Below are positions 54,183-63,684 of a stretch of 64,000 bases of DNA, piece by piece. A model generated the notes under the pieces. It made no database searches and had not been told where the DNA came from. It saw nothing but the letters and a program-made list of their open reading frames with translations. The stretch covers positions 1,728,001-1,792,000 of the forward strand of contig CAXXKT010000001.1 of assembly GCA_963662405.2 (NCBI GenBank), written 5' to 3'. Numbering within the stretch: the first letter of the stretch is position 1; the number at the start of each line of letters is the position of its first letter. The stretch is from Syntrophales bacterium. GTDB lineage: Bacteria > Desulfobacterota > Syntrophia > Syntrophales > UBA2210. The position numbers and the translations under genes are program-made.

Positions 54183-54425
54183 ATGTCTGGGATGAACACA
54201 CATGTTCGAGCATTTTTCGGTTGCATGATCTTCTCTTCCATTTTCTTTGTGAGCGACATCCATGCCCGGGCATATTTCTTCTATAGCAGTGCCGACCCCT
54301 GGATATTCGTCCGGGGTGGGTCGGACGGGACGAATTCTCAATTCGTTTCCGCGGCATCGGATAACAAGATAAAAACCATCTCCACGAGCGACACTTCCTT
54401 GGGCGAGATATGTCGTAATGAGTGA
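54183..54425 (+). CDS. Possible small exported protein or remnant (80 aa)
   Basis: AGAGGAG RBS; hydrophobic N-terminus ending in ARA; no recognised domain. Confidence 0.3.
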   Translation: MSGMNTHVRAFFGCMIFSSIFFVSDIHARAYFFYSSADPWIFVRGGSDGTNSQFVSAASDNKIKTISTSDTSLGEICRNE

Positions 54426-54501
54426 CTCAATCGGTCTTTTGAATGATTCGCATAAATAAGCACATCAGGTTTCTCCAGCACATAATAGTGAGGGGAAGAA
54501 G

Positions 54502-57500
54502 ATGAATATGAATCGTGCACACCCATGCTGTACATTGAAAAGACATCTTTTCCATATATTTATCATCCTCATTCTCAACGCATCCCTGGCCGGTTATGCC
54601 TTTGCCTATCTCGATCCCGGCACTTTCAGCTCTCTCGGCACATTCAATCCCTCCAGTAACGTCGTCGTCAATATGACCACACGGTCGATGACCGGCGGGG
54701 TTACCGCGACCGGTGTTATGTCAGGAGACATACTCGTTTTTACCTTTGACAGCTTTAGCCTGGGGGCTGGTTACAGCATCTCCTTTTCGAATGTGGCTGA
54801 TAATGATGACAAGATCGCCTTTCTCTCAAAAGGGGATATGACAATAAGTGGAAATATTTACGCAAACGCCTCGGGTACCGCTCCCGGGCCTGGAGGGAGG
54901 AGAGGTGGCACTTCTCAACCGGAAGTCGGTCAGGGCACCGGTGGAGGGCAAGTTGGCTTAGACGCAGGCGATGACGACGGAGCCGGCGGCGGCGGGTTTG
55001 GCGGCGCCGGTGGTGCACACGGGTATGGCGCCCCCGGAGGAACAACATATGGAGACCTTGCCACGGCCCTCGACGGGGGAAGTGGTGGGGCCCGCTCCGC
55101 ATATTCGAGTGATACCAGTGCCGGTGGCGGTGGCGGTGGCGGCGCACTGGAACTGGGGGCGCTCGGTACGACAACCCTGAATAATGGCTGTAATATAGAA
55201 GCGAAAGGGGCGGCAGGTTCAAATGCCGATTTAACACCTTGCGGAGAAGATGGTGATGGAGGAGGCAGCGGAGGCGGCATACTGATTCACGGAAATGTTG
55301 TCACGTTCAATTCCGGGGCCAATGTCAATGCATCGGGCGGCAACGGCGGTAATGGAGATAATGATTCAAATTGCGGGCAGACATCTGGCACCGGAGCCGG
55401 TGGCGCTGGTGGCGGCGGCGGCGGCGGACGTATACGGATCGCTTACAATGGAAGCGGGACAAATAGCGGATCTGCTGTTGCCGCTAAGGGAACGGGGGGC
55501 ACTGATCCGGGACCGTATGGGAGTTATCCGGGTGGAGATGGCTCAGCAGGCGTTGTGCAATTCGTCCAGGACTCAAACGTGCCGGTGACCAGTTCAGGTC
55601 CCGAGATATCCGTATATGGAAATTCGGTATCGATCAACGATGGAGACACCACACCCTCCGTGAGTGACGACACGCATTTTGGCGATGTCGATAAGGACAG
55701 CGGTACGGCAACGCATACCTTTACGATAAAAAATACCGGCCCGGCCACACTGACCATATCGGGCGGGCCGAATTATGTCTCGGTTGATAATGCTGTTTTC
55801 TCGGTCACGTCACAGCCCTCTGATGTGAGCCTCGAACAGAACGAGACGACCACATTCTCCATTCAATTTGATCCGGACGGCATCGGTATTGAGACGGCGA
55901 ATGTATCCTTTGCCAATAATGACGATAATGAGAACCCCTTTAACTTTGTCATAGAGGGGAATGGGACGTCCGCTGCAAGCCTGTATCTCGATGGCCGTGA
56001 CTTTACCTCGCTCGGCTCTTTCAATCCTTCCTCTGATGTGACCGTTAATATGTCCACAGGCGCCATGACGGGGGGACTGTCGGCAACCGGGACGGTTTCC
56101 AATGGCATACTGGTGTTTACCTTCGATGATTTTACCCTTGTCTCTTCGCGGAATATCAATTTCACAAACACGGAGAATTCGACCAACAAGATAGCATTCT
56201 TATCGCTCAGTAACATGACACTGTCGGGGGCGATCAACGGGAGCGGTTCGACATACACACCCGGGCCCGGCGGTGGTGCCGGTGGTACGGCAAAACCCTC
56301 GGACGGGACCGGCGCCGGTGGCGGCGGAGGTAGTGAGGATGGAGCCGGCGGAGCCGGGTTCGGTGGTGCCGGTGGGGACAGTGGTAATGGTGTGGGGGGC
56401 GGTTCGACCTATGGTGACCTGGCGGTATCTCTCAGCGGCGGCAGCGGTGGCGCCAGGTCGGAGTACTCAAGCACGGGAAACTATGGTGGTGGCGCCGGTG
56501 GTGCCGTGCAGCTTGGCGCCCTGGGGATCATCACCCTTAATTCCGGCGCGAGCATCAATGCCAATGGGGTGGCCGGTCCTGCGAGTACCGGTGTTGACGC
56601 CGATGGAGACGGCGGCGGCAGCGGTGGCGGTATCCTGATCCATGGAAAAACGATACGGCATAATAGCGGGGCAACCATATCGGCGAATGGCGGAAACGGT
56701 GGTGGTACCGCCGGAGCGGGTGACGGCATCGGCGGCGGCGGTGGCGGTGGCGGAAGGGTGCGGCTCGTGTATCATACATCGGGTGCCGGTGATATCGTCC
56801 AAACAGGGACGATTACCGTGAGCGGTGGTATGGGGGGTGCGGATGTGACTCCGGGAGAGGCCGGTGCATCCGGAACCTCGGCCTGGGCGTCGGATGCGAA
56901 TGTACCGATCGGTGGCCCGGAAATCAACATCAAGGGCAACGGTGTCTCCATTGCCGACGGTGACACAAGTCCATCAACCGGTGATGACACGGATTTCGGC
57001 AGTGTTGATGTAACCTCGGGGTCGGATGAGCATACCTTTACCATAGAGAACCTTGGTGCGGAGACATTGAATCTGACCGATGCGAGTCCCTACGTGGCGA
57101 TCACCGGGCATACCGCGGATTTCACGCTGACGTCAACTCCGTCAGCTGCCATATCAGACGGGAGCACAACCCCCTTCGCGATCACCTTCGATCCCACGGC
57201 GGGGGGGACGCGTGAGGCGACGGTCAGCATCGCCAACGACGACTCGGACGAGAACCCTTATAACTTCGATATCCGGGGGACCGGGACCTATACCGCCCCG
57301 ACGACCCAGGCCCAGACGGTCACCTTTCCGAATATCGAGGCGACCACCATGACGATCGGGTGGACGAACGGGAACGGCACGGCACGGGTGGTATTTCTCT
57401 ATAAGGGAGGGAGTTTAGAGACCGCGAGCCCCGTTGACGGGACCACCTATACGGCGAATACGGCATTCGGCGCGGGGACGCAGATCGGCGCCACCGGCTG

Positions 57501-60500
57501 GTACTGCGTCTATAACGGGACGGGGACGTCGGTAGCCGTGACGGGCCTGATGCCGGGGGCGACCTACCGGGCGATGGTGTGCGAGTACAACGGGGATGCG
57601 GGGTATGAGTCCTATGTGACCGATACGGCGACGGGGAACCCGACGAATCAGACGATGGTCACCGTCATGATCAACGAGGTTGACGCCGACACCCCCGGCA
57701 CCGACACCCTGGAGTTTATCGAACTGTACGACGGCGGGGTTGGCACCGTCAGCCTGGACGGGCTGGTGCTGGTGTTCTATGACGGTACCGACGATCAGTC
57801 ATATAACGCAGCCCCCTACGCGAATGCGATCGATCTGGACGGTTACTCGACGGATGCGAACGGATACTTTGTGATCGGCAATGCGGGCGTGTCCGGTGTG
57901 GATATGACCTTTTCGGATAATGCCCTGCAGAACGGGGCGGACGCCGTTGCCCTGTATGTGGGGGACGGGACGGATTTTCCCGATAATACCCCTGTAACAA
58001 CGGTCAATCTTATTGATGCCCTCGTGTATGATACCGACGACGCGGATGATGCGGGACTCCTGACCCTGGTCTTGGCGGGGGGACAGATCAACGAGAGCGG
58101 GCGGGGAGGCAGCACAGGGCATTCCAACCAGCGGATACCGAACGGCACGGGGGGCTTGAGGAACACGACGGCGTACACCCAGCAGCCCCCGACGCCGGGT
58201 GCCGAGAATAACGCCTATCCCGAGATCACCTCCGCTGCGTATGACTATGGGACGAATCAGCTGGTGGTCACCGGCCGGTATCTGGTCGAGAATGATGGCG
58301 CGGACAACGACGTGGATGTGTCACTTCTGACCGTGACCGGTGAAGGGGGCGGCACGTACACCCTCGCGGACTCCGCTGATGTCGAAATCACCTCCGATAC
58401 GCAGTTCACCGTCACCCTGAGCGGGGCCGACATACCACAGGTGGAGGCGCTTCTGAACAAGGACGGGACGAGTGCGGACGATGATACCGTCTACAACCTC
58501 GCGGCGGCGGACAACTGGATGCCCGGCGCGCCCGCGGCGGACGATATCGCCGATGCGACAAACGGGATCACGGTCAGCAACTATACCGTCCCCATGATTA
58601 CCTCATGCACCTACGATGCCACGAGCGGCCAACTGGTCGCCACGGGAACGAACTTTGTCGTCAACAGCGGCCTGGCGAACGACGTCGATACGTCGCTCAT
58701 CACCTTCACCGGTCAGGGGAGTGGCACCTATACCCTGACCGACACGGGTGATGTGGAGATCACCTCGTCCACCCAATTTACCGTGACCGTGAGCGCGACG
58801 GACCGGCCCCATGTGAACGGACTCCTTAACCGGGCGGGGACACAGTCGGCGGATACCGTCCTCTATAACCTTGCCGCGGCGGACAACTGGATGCCGGGTG
58901 CGCCTGCGGGGAACGACACAGCGGACGCGACCTCCGGGATCACCGTCAGCAATGTCCAGGCCCCGACGATCACCGAGGCCGCGTATGATTACGGGACGGA
59001 TACCCTGACCGTGACGGGGGCGGCATTTGTCGCTCAATCCGGGGTAGCGAACGATGTGGACATCACGAAGCTGACCGTAACCGGCGAGGGGGGCGGCACC
59101 TATACGCTGGCGACTTCGAACAATCCCGAGATCGCCTCATCCACCCAGTTCACCGTCACCCTGAGCGGTGCGGACATACCGCATGTGGAGTCGCTCCTGA
59201 ACAAGGACGGGACGAGCGCGGCCGACGGGCCGGCCTACAATCTTGCCGCTGCGGACAACTGGATGCCCGGCACGGACCCGTCGGCGGACATCGCCGATGG
59301 GGCGAGCGGGATCACGGTGAGCGGCTATGCCGTCCCGCAGATCACCTCGGCCGTGTACGACGCCGGGACGGGGCAGTTGGTGGCAACGGGGACGAACTTT
59401 GTCGTCAACAGCGGTGCGTCCGATGTGGACGCCTCGCAGTTCACTTTCACCGGTCAGGGGAGTGGCACTTATACCCTCACCGACACGGGCGATGTGGAGA
59501 TCACGTCAGCTACCCAGTGTACGGTGACGTTGAGTGCGACGGACCGGTCCCAGGTGAATGGGCTCCTCAACAGGGCCGGGACACAGTCGGCGGATGCGGT
59601 CACCTATAATCTTGCCGCGGCGGACAACTGGATGCCGGGGTCACCCGCGGGGAACGATACGGCGGATGGGACCACCGGGATAACCGTCAGCAACGTCCAG
59701 ACCCCGACGATCACTGAGGCGACATATGACGCCGACACGGGCGTATTCACGGTGACCGGGACGAATCTGCGGGGGAATGCCGGTGCGGCGAATGATATCG
59801 ATGTCTCCCGATTGACCGTGACGGGCGAAGGGGGAAACTACACCATATCGGATGCGATTGCGGATGTAGAGATCACCTCGTCCACCGAGTTCACCTTTAC
59901 CGTCACGGGGACGGACAAGACCCAGGTGGATCTCCGGCTCGATCTCTTCGGGACACAGTCGAGCGGCGGGACGACGTACAATCTTGCCGCAGCCGATAAC
60001 TGGCTGGCCGCGGCCGATCCGGCCGCCGACATCGCCGATCTTACCAATAACGAGATTACCGTTACCGTCAATCCGCGGATCACGAGCGCGACCTATAATG
60101 CCGCCACCGGCGTCCTGGTGGTGACGGGATCCAATATCCGGGAGAACGGCGGGGGGTCCGATATCGATGCCTCCCAATTGACCTTTACCGGTGAAGGGGA
60201 TGCGACCTATACGCTCACCGATACGCCTGACGTGAACCGGGACAGTTCCTCCCAGTTTACCGTCACCTTGAGCGCTGTCGACAGGGCAGCCGTCAACCGG
60301 ATCATGAACAAGAACGGGACCGCATCGACCGGCGGGACGGCCTATAACCTTGCCGCGGCGGATGACTGGTGCACCAATGTCACGGCCGGCAATACCGCCG
60401 ATCCGACCGGCAACGGGATCACCGTCAGCAACGTGCCGCTGCCGATGGTCACCTCCGCCACGTACAACGCGGGGACGGGTGTGCTGGTCGTGACCGGTAC

Positions 60501-62049
60501 GGGACTGGTGAAGAGGGACGGTGCGGCCAACGACATCGATGTCTCCCAATTGACCGTTACCGGCGAAGGGGGAGAGACCTGTACGATCCAGAACACGGCC
60601 GGTGTCGAGATCACATCCGATACGCAATTCACGGTGACCTTAAACGAGACGGACCGGTCCGCCGTCAACCGGATCCTGAACAAGAACGGGACGAGCTCCA
60701 CGTCGGGGACGACGTATAACCTTGCCGCCGCGGAGGACTGGGCGGCAGGGGCGGATCCGGCGGTCGATGTTGCCGATGAGGCGGGGAACGGGATTACGGT
60801 GAGCGGTGTGACGGCGCCGGTGATCACCTCGGCCTCGTATCAGTGGAGCACCGGGGTATTGACCGTAGCGGGGACGGGCTTTCTCAAGAAGGCGGGCATC
60901 GCCAACGACATCGATGCCTCGCGATTGACATTCCGGGGTGAGGGAGGGGTGACTTACACCCTCGTGGGCAGCGCGGATGTTGACATCACCTCCGATACGG
61001 AGTTTTCGGTGACCCTCGACGCGACGGACAAGGCCGCCGTGAATCCGCTTCTCAACAAGGCGGGGACATCATCGGAGGATGACACGGTCTACAACCTTGC
61101 CGGGGCGGAAGACTGGGCGGCGGGGGCGGACCCGGCCGTGAACGTCGCCGACGCCACCACCCCGATTACCGTGGGTGGGTTTACGGTCACCATCTCCGGG
61201 ACGGTGACGGACGGGGTGAATCCCATCGAAGGGGCGACCATCACCTTCTCCCATGACGGTCATACGGAGCAGACCGCCGCCGACGGGACCTACTCGTATG
61301 TTGTCTCCGCCGGGATCACGACGACCGTGATACCGACGCATCCGGGGTACGCCACCTGGGACCCGGCGAATCGGACACTAACGAATGTAACCACCGACCA
61401 GCTCGGTCAGGACTTCACCGCCACCTCCGACACGGACGGGATTCCCACGACGGAAGAGAACGGTCCGGACGGGACCGATCCTGCCTATGACGGGAACAGC
61501 GACGGGATTCCCGACGGCAACCAGCCCCATGTGGCCTCATTCCATACGGCGGACGGAGAGAACTATGTCACTCTCGCCGCTCCCGACGGGACACTCCTCT
61601 CGGGTGTTCAGGCCCTCCCCGCGCCGGATAACGGGACGTTTCCGCATACCACCTACTTCCCCTACGGCCTGTTCCGGTTTACGGTGACCGGCGTGACACC
61701 GGGGGGAGCCACGGTGGTGCAACTCTTCCTCTCCGGGGAGACGACGATCGAGTCATACTGGCGGTACGGTCCGGAGCCGGGCGATCCTACCATGCATGCC
61801 TATGAGTTCATGCTGGACGGGGGGACGGGTGCCGAGATCGCGGGGCATGTCGTCACCCTGCACTTCATCGACGGCCGGCGGGGGGACGATGATCTTGACG
61901 GCGGGAACGGGGTGATCGTCGACGACGGCGGCCCCACTGCCGCGACTCCGGTTATTCCGGTCCTGACAAAGAATGGAATAGTCGTCTTTGTAGTCATTCT
62001 GTCCATTCTTGCCTGTCTGGTTATCCGGTCACGGCGACAGCCGGCCTAA
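54502..62049 (+). CDS. 2515-aa secreted modular surface protein/adhesin with IPTL-CTERM-like anchor
   Basis: Signal peptide (AFA|Y); 2x[beta domain + Gly-rich + Ig-like]; FN3-like; lamin-tail-like (INEVDAD...EFIEL...PTPG..N); 8 tandem repeats; carboxypeptidase-regulatory-like; choice-of-anchor U-like; IPVL + TM + RSRR tail. Confidence 0.9.
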   Translation: MNMNRAHPCCTLKRHLFHIFIILILNASLAGYAFAYLDPGTFSSLGTFNPSSNVVVNMTTRSMTGGVTATGVMSGDILVFTFDSFSLGAGYSISFSNVADNDDKIAFLSKGDMTISGNIYANASGTAPGPGGRRGGTSQPEVGQGTGGGQVGLDAGDDDGAGGGGFGGAGGAHGYGAPGGTTYGDLATALDGGSGGARSAYSSDTSAGGGGGGGALELGALGTTTLNNGCNIEAKGAAGSNADLTPCGEDGDGGGSGGGILIHGNVVTFNSGANVNASGGNGGNGDNDSNCGQTSGTGAGGAGGGGGGGRIRIAYNGSGTNSGSAVAAKGTGGTDPGPYGSYPGGDGSAGVVQFVQDSNVPVTSSGPEISVYGNSVSINDGDTTPSVSDDTHFGDVDKDSGTATHTFTIKNTGPATLTISGGPNYVSVDNAVFSVTSQPSDVSLEQNETTTFSIQFDPDGIGIETANVSFANNDDNENPFNFVIEGNGTSAASLYLDGRDFTSLGSFNPSSDVTVNMSTGAMTGGLSATGTVSNGILVFTFDDFTLVSSRNINFTNTENSTNKIAFLSLSNMTLSGAINGSGSTYTPGPGGGAGGTAKPSDGTGAGGGGGSEDGAGGAGFGGAGGDSGNGVGGGSTYGDLAVSLSGGSGGARSEYSSTGNYGGGAGGAVQLGALGIITLNSGASINANGVAGPASTGVDADGDGGGSGGGILIHGKTIRHNSGATISANGGNGGGTAGAGDGIGGGGGGGGRVRLVYHTSGAGDIVQTGTITVSGGMGGADVTPGEAGASGTSAWASDANVPIGGPEINIKGNGVSIADGDTSPSTGDDTDFGSVDVTSGSDEHTFTIENLGAETLNLTDASPYVAITGHTADFTLTSTPSAAISDGSTTPFAITFDPTAGGTREATVSIANDDSDENPYNFDIRGTGTYTAPTTQAQTVTFPNIEATTMTIGWTNGNGTARVVFLYKGGSLETASPVDGTTYTANTAFGAGTQIGATGWYCVYNGTGTSVAVTGLMPGATYRAMVCEYNGDAGYESYVTDTATGNPTNQTMVTVMINEVDADTPGTDTLEFIELYDGGVGTVSLDGLVLVFYDGTDDQSYNAAPYANAIDLDGYSTDANGYFVIGNAGVSGVDMTFSDNALQNGADAVALYVGDGTDFPDNTPVTTVNLIDALVYDTDDADDAGLLTLVLAGGQINESGRGGSTGHSNQRIPNGTGGLRNTTAYTQQPPTPGAENNAYPEITSAAYDYGTNQLVVTGRYLVENDGADNDVDVSLLTVTGEGGGTYTLADSADVEITSDTQFTVTLSGADIPQVEALLNKDGTSADDDTVYNLAAADNWMPGAPAADDIADATNGITVSNYTVPMITSCTYDATSGQLVATGTNFVVNSGLANDVDTSLITFTGQGSGTYTLTDTGDVEITSSTQFTVTVSATDRPHVNGLLNRAGTQSADTVLYNLAAADNWMPGAPAGNDTADATSGITVSNVQAPTITEAAYDYGTDTLTVTGAAFVAQSGVANDVDITKLTVTGEGGGTYTLATSNNPEIASSTQFTVTLSGADIPHVESLLNKDGTSAADGPAYNLAAADNWMPGTDPSADIADGASGITVSGYAVPQITSAVYDAGTGQLVATGTNFVVNSGASDVDASQFTFTGQGSGTYTLTDTGDVEITSATQCTVTLSATDRSQVNGLLNRAGTQSADAVTYNLAAADNWMPGSPAGNDTADGTTGITVSNVQTPTITEATYDADTGVFTVTGTNLRGNAGAANDIDVSRLTVTGEGGNYTISDAIADVEITSSTEFTFTVTGTDKTQVDLRLDLFGTQSSGGTTYNLAAADNWLAAADPAADIADLTNNEITVTVNPRITSATYNAATGVLVVTGSNIRENGGGSDIDASQLTFTGEGDATYTLTDTPDVNRDSSSQFTVTLSAVDRAAVNRIMNKNGTASTGGTAYNLAAADDWCTNVTAGNTADPTGNGITVSNVPLPMVTSATYNAGTGVLVVTGTGLVKRDGAANDIDVSQLTVTGEGGETCTIQNTAGVEITSDTQFTVTLNETDRSAVNRILNKNGTSSTSGTTYNLAAAEDWAAGADPAVDVADEAGNGITVSGVTAPVITSASYQWSTGVLTVAGTGFLKKAGIANDIDASRLTFRGEGGVTYTLVGSADVDITSDTEFSVTLDATDKAAVNPLLNKAGTSSEDDTVYNLAGAEDWAAGADPAVNVADATTPITVGGFTVTISGTVTDGVNPIEGATITFSHDGHTEQTAADGTYSYVVSAGITTTVIPTHPGYATWDPANRTLTNVTTDQLGQDFTATSDTDGIPTTEENGPDGTDPAYDGNSDGIPDGNQPHVASFHTADGENYVTLAAPDGTLLSGVQALPAPDNGTFPHTTYFPYGLFRFTVTGVTPGGATVVQLFLSGETTIESYWRYGPEPGDPTMHAYEFMLDGGTGAEIAGHVVTLHFIDGRRGDDDLDGGNGVIVDDGGPTAATPVIPVLTKNGIVVFVVILSILACLVIRSRRQPA
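58219..61179 (+). repeat. Eight tandem ~370-bp (121-125 aa) intragenic repeats
   Basis: Units start at 58219, 58591, 58963, 59335, 59704, 60073, 60442 and 60817; consensus P.ITSA.Y...TG.L.VTG...ND.D...LT.TGEG..TYTL...VEITS.TQF.VTL...LN..GT.S...YNLAAA..W. Confidence 0.95.
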
Positions 62050-62431
62050 GGGCAACCGCATCGGTTCATGCGCGCAGAGGGGATCTCCCTCCTGTGGCTC
62101 GCACCCCGGGCGGGTGGGCATGCCGGGGTGTGCTGCAATCCGAAGCCCGCTGCCCCGCCGCTGCACGGGGCGGCGAAGGATCTTCCCGGGTTACCGTGAT
62201 GAATGGAGCGGGCAGATCAGAAAACGGTTGCGTATTCCAGCAAGTTATGTAATCTACGACAGAATCTGTGCCGTTCCGGCCGGGACCGGTACCATCTCGG
62301 TTGTAACCGCCGATACGGAGAACGGAACGCACAAAGGGCGGGCCGTCCGCGCCCTGTGGCGCTTGATGGCATCGCTGCGGCTGTGCACGCGGCGATGCAA
62401 TATGAGAAATCACACGAAGGGGTCATACGTT

Positions 62432-63613
62432 ATGAGACATGCAGCACGGGTCGTGATCATTCTGTCGTTCATCCTTTTTGGGGCGGATACCGGCTCTTCC
62501 GAGGAGACATCCCTGACCCTCCCCACCGCCGATTCCACCAGCAGCTTCAGGGTGTACAATAGCGCTTCGGCCAATCTGTTCACGGTGAGGGGCGATCTTA
62601 AAGTGGGGATCAGGCAGCCGAATCCGCGCGCCGAGCTTGAGGTCGGGGGGACCGACGGCATCCTCTGCACCGGGACCATGAACAGCGGCACGGTCCGGGC
62701 CCTGGGGGCCGGCGTGCGGTTTCACTGGTATCCGCGGAAGGGGGCCTTCCGGGTGGGAATGGCCGAGAGCTCGTACTGGGACGACAACGGGACATCGACC
62801 CCGAACCTGGCCCTCTATTCCATTGCCATGGGATACCAGCCGCGGGCGACGGGGGTCGCCTCCACCGCCATCGGCGCGTACAACCGAGCGACAGGGGATT
62901 ACTCGCTGGCCCTGGGTTCGTATAACCAGGCCACCGCTTCCCACGCCGTCGCCATCGGGACCCAGGCCTTTGCCACCGGGATCTACTCTTTTGCCCTGGG
63001 CTGCGGCGCCGACACCAACGGCAAGGACGGCTCTTTCGTCATCGGGGATGATACGTATTTCCAGACGGCATACGCCAGCAACGACAATCAGCTCACCATG
63101 CGCTTCTCCGGGGGGACCGTGGCTGACGATTCCTCCGCCCCTGATTACGTCGCGGGCGAGCGGAAAGCCTACCGGTTCTGGACGTCCTATCCTGACTGTG
63201 CCGCAGGCGTCTACATGAACCACGGCGACAGTTCGTGGCGCTCCTATTGCAGCCGGGACCTCAAGGAGAATTTCGCGCCGGTGGACGGCGAGGAACTCCT
63301 CGGCAAGATCCGTGATCTCCCCGTTACGCAGTGGAACTACAAGGCGGTGGACCCCTCCGTGAAGTTCATCGGTCCCGTGGCGGAGGATTTCTGGGACGCC
63401 TTCCGGCTCGGCGGGACCGATAACAAGGGGATCAGCAACTTTGCCATCGCCGGGGTGAATATGGCCGGGGTGAAGGCCCTTGAGAAGCGGACCGGGGACA
63501 TGAAGGAAGAAATGGCGGAGATGAAGGGGGAGATCGATCGGTTGCGGGCCGAGATCGCGTCCCTCAGGGCTCAGCTCGCCGCCGCCTGCGGCCCCCGTCT
63601 CGCGGCGCGGTAG
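62432..63613 (+). CDS. Secreted tail-fibre-like protein: YadA-head-like repeats, peptidase S74 chaperone, coiled coil
   Basis: Signal-like N-terminus; 14-aa repeats (ATGVASTAIG, ATGDYSLALG, ATASHAVAIG, ATGIYSFALG); CSRDLKENF...WNYK...IGPVAEDF; heptad C-terminus; alternative start 62402. Confidence 0.85.
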   Translation: MRHAARVVIILSFILFGADTGSSEETSLTLPTADSTSSFRVYNSASANLFTVRGDLKVGIRQPNPRAELEVGGTDGILCTGTMNSGTVRALGAGVRFHWYPRKGAFRVGMAESSYWDDNGTSTPNLALYSIAMGYQPRATGVASTAIGAYNRATGDYSLALGSYNQATASHAVAIGTQAFATGIYSFALGCGADTNGKDGSFVIGDDTYFQTAYASNDNQLTMRFSGGTVADDSSAPDYVAGERKAYRFWTSYPDCAAGVYMNHGDSSWRSYCSRDLKENFAPVDGEELLGKIRDLPVTQWNYKAVDPSVKFIGPVAEDFWDAFRLGGTDNKGISNFAIAGVNMAGVKALEKRTGDMKEEMAEMKGEIDRLRAEIASLRAQLAAACGPRLAAR

Positions 63614-63684
63614 CACGAACCGGGCGGGTTCGCCCTGCGATAAAGGCATATGCACACCGAACAGACACGAGGAAAAGACGGCTT

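Noticed and set aside
58219..61179. CRISPR array or diversity-generating retroelement repeats
   Set aside because: Repeats are in-frame ~370-bp diverged protein domains; no spacers, cas genes or reverse transcriptase.
62369..62384. sigma54 promoter upstream of the S74 gene (TGGCATCGCTGCGGCT, position approximate)
   Set aside because: GG-N10-GC spacing holds but the -12 TTGC is missing in GC-rich sequence; too weak to call.
62009..62431. N-terminal extension of the S74 ORF in the track
   Set aside because: It overlaps the giant gene and reads as non-coding; RBS and signal peptide fit a start at 62432 (or 62402).
52780..63613. Prophage, tailocin or contractile injection system suggested by tail-collar and S74 genes
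   Set aside because: No capsid, terminase, sheath, tube, baseplate, integrase or lysis genes in the window, and the fibre carries a host-type signal peptide.
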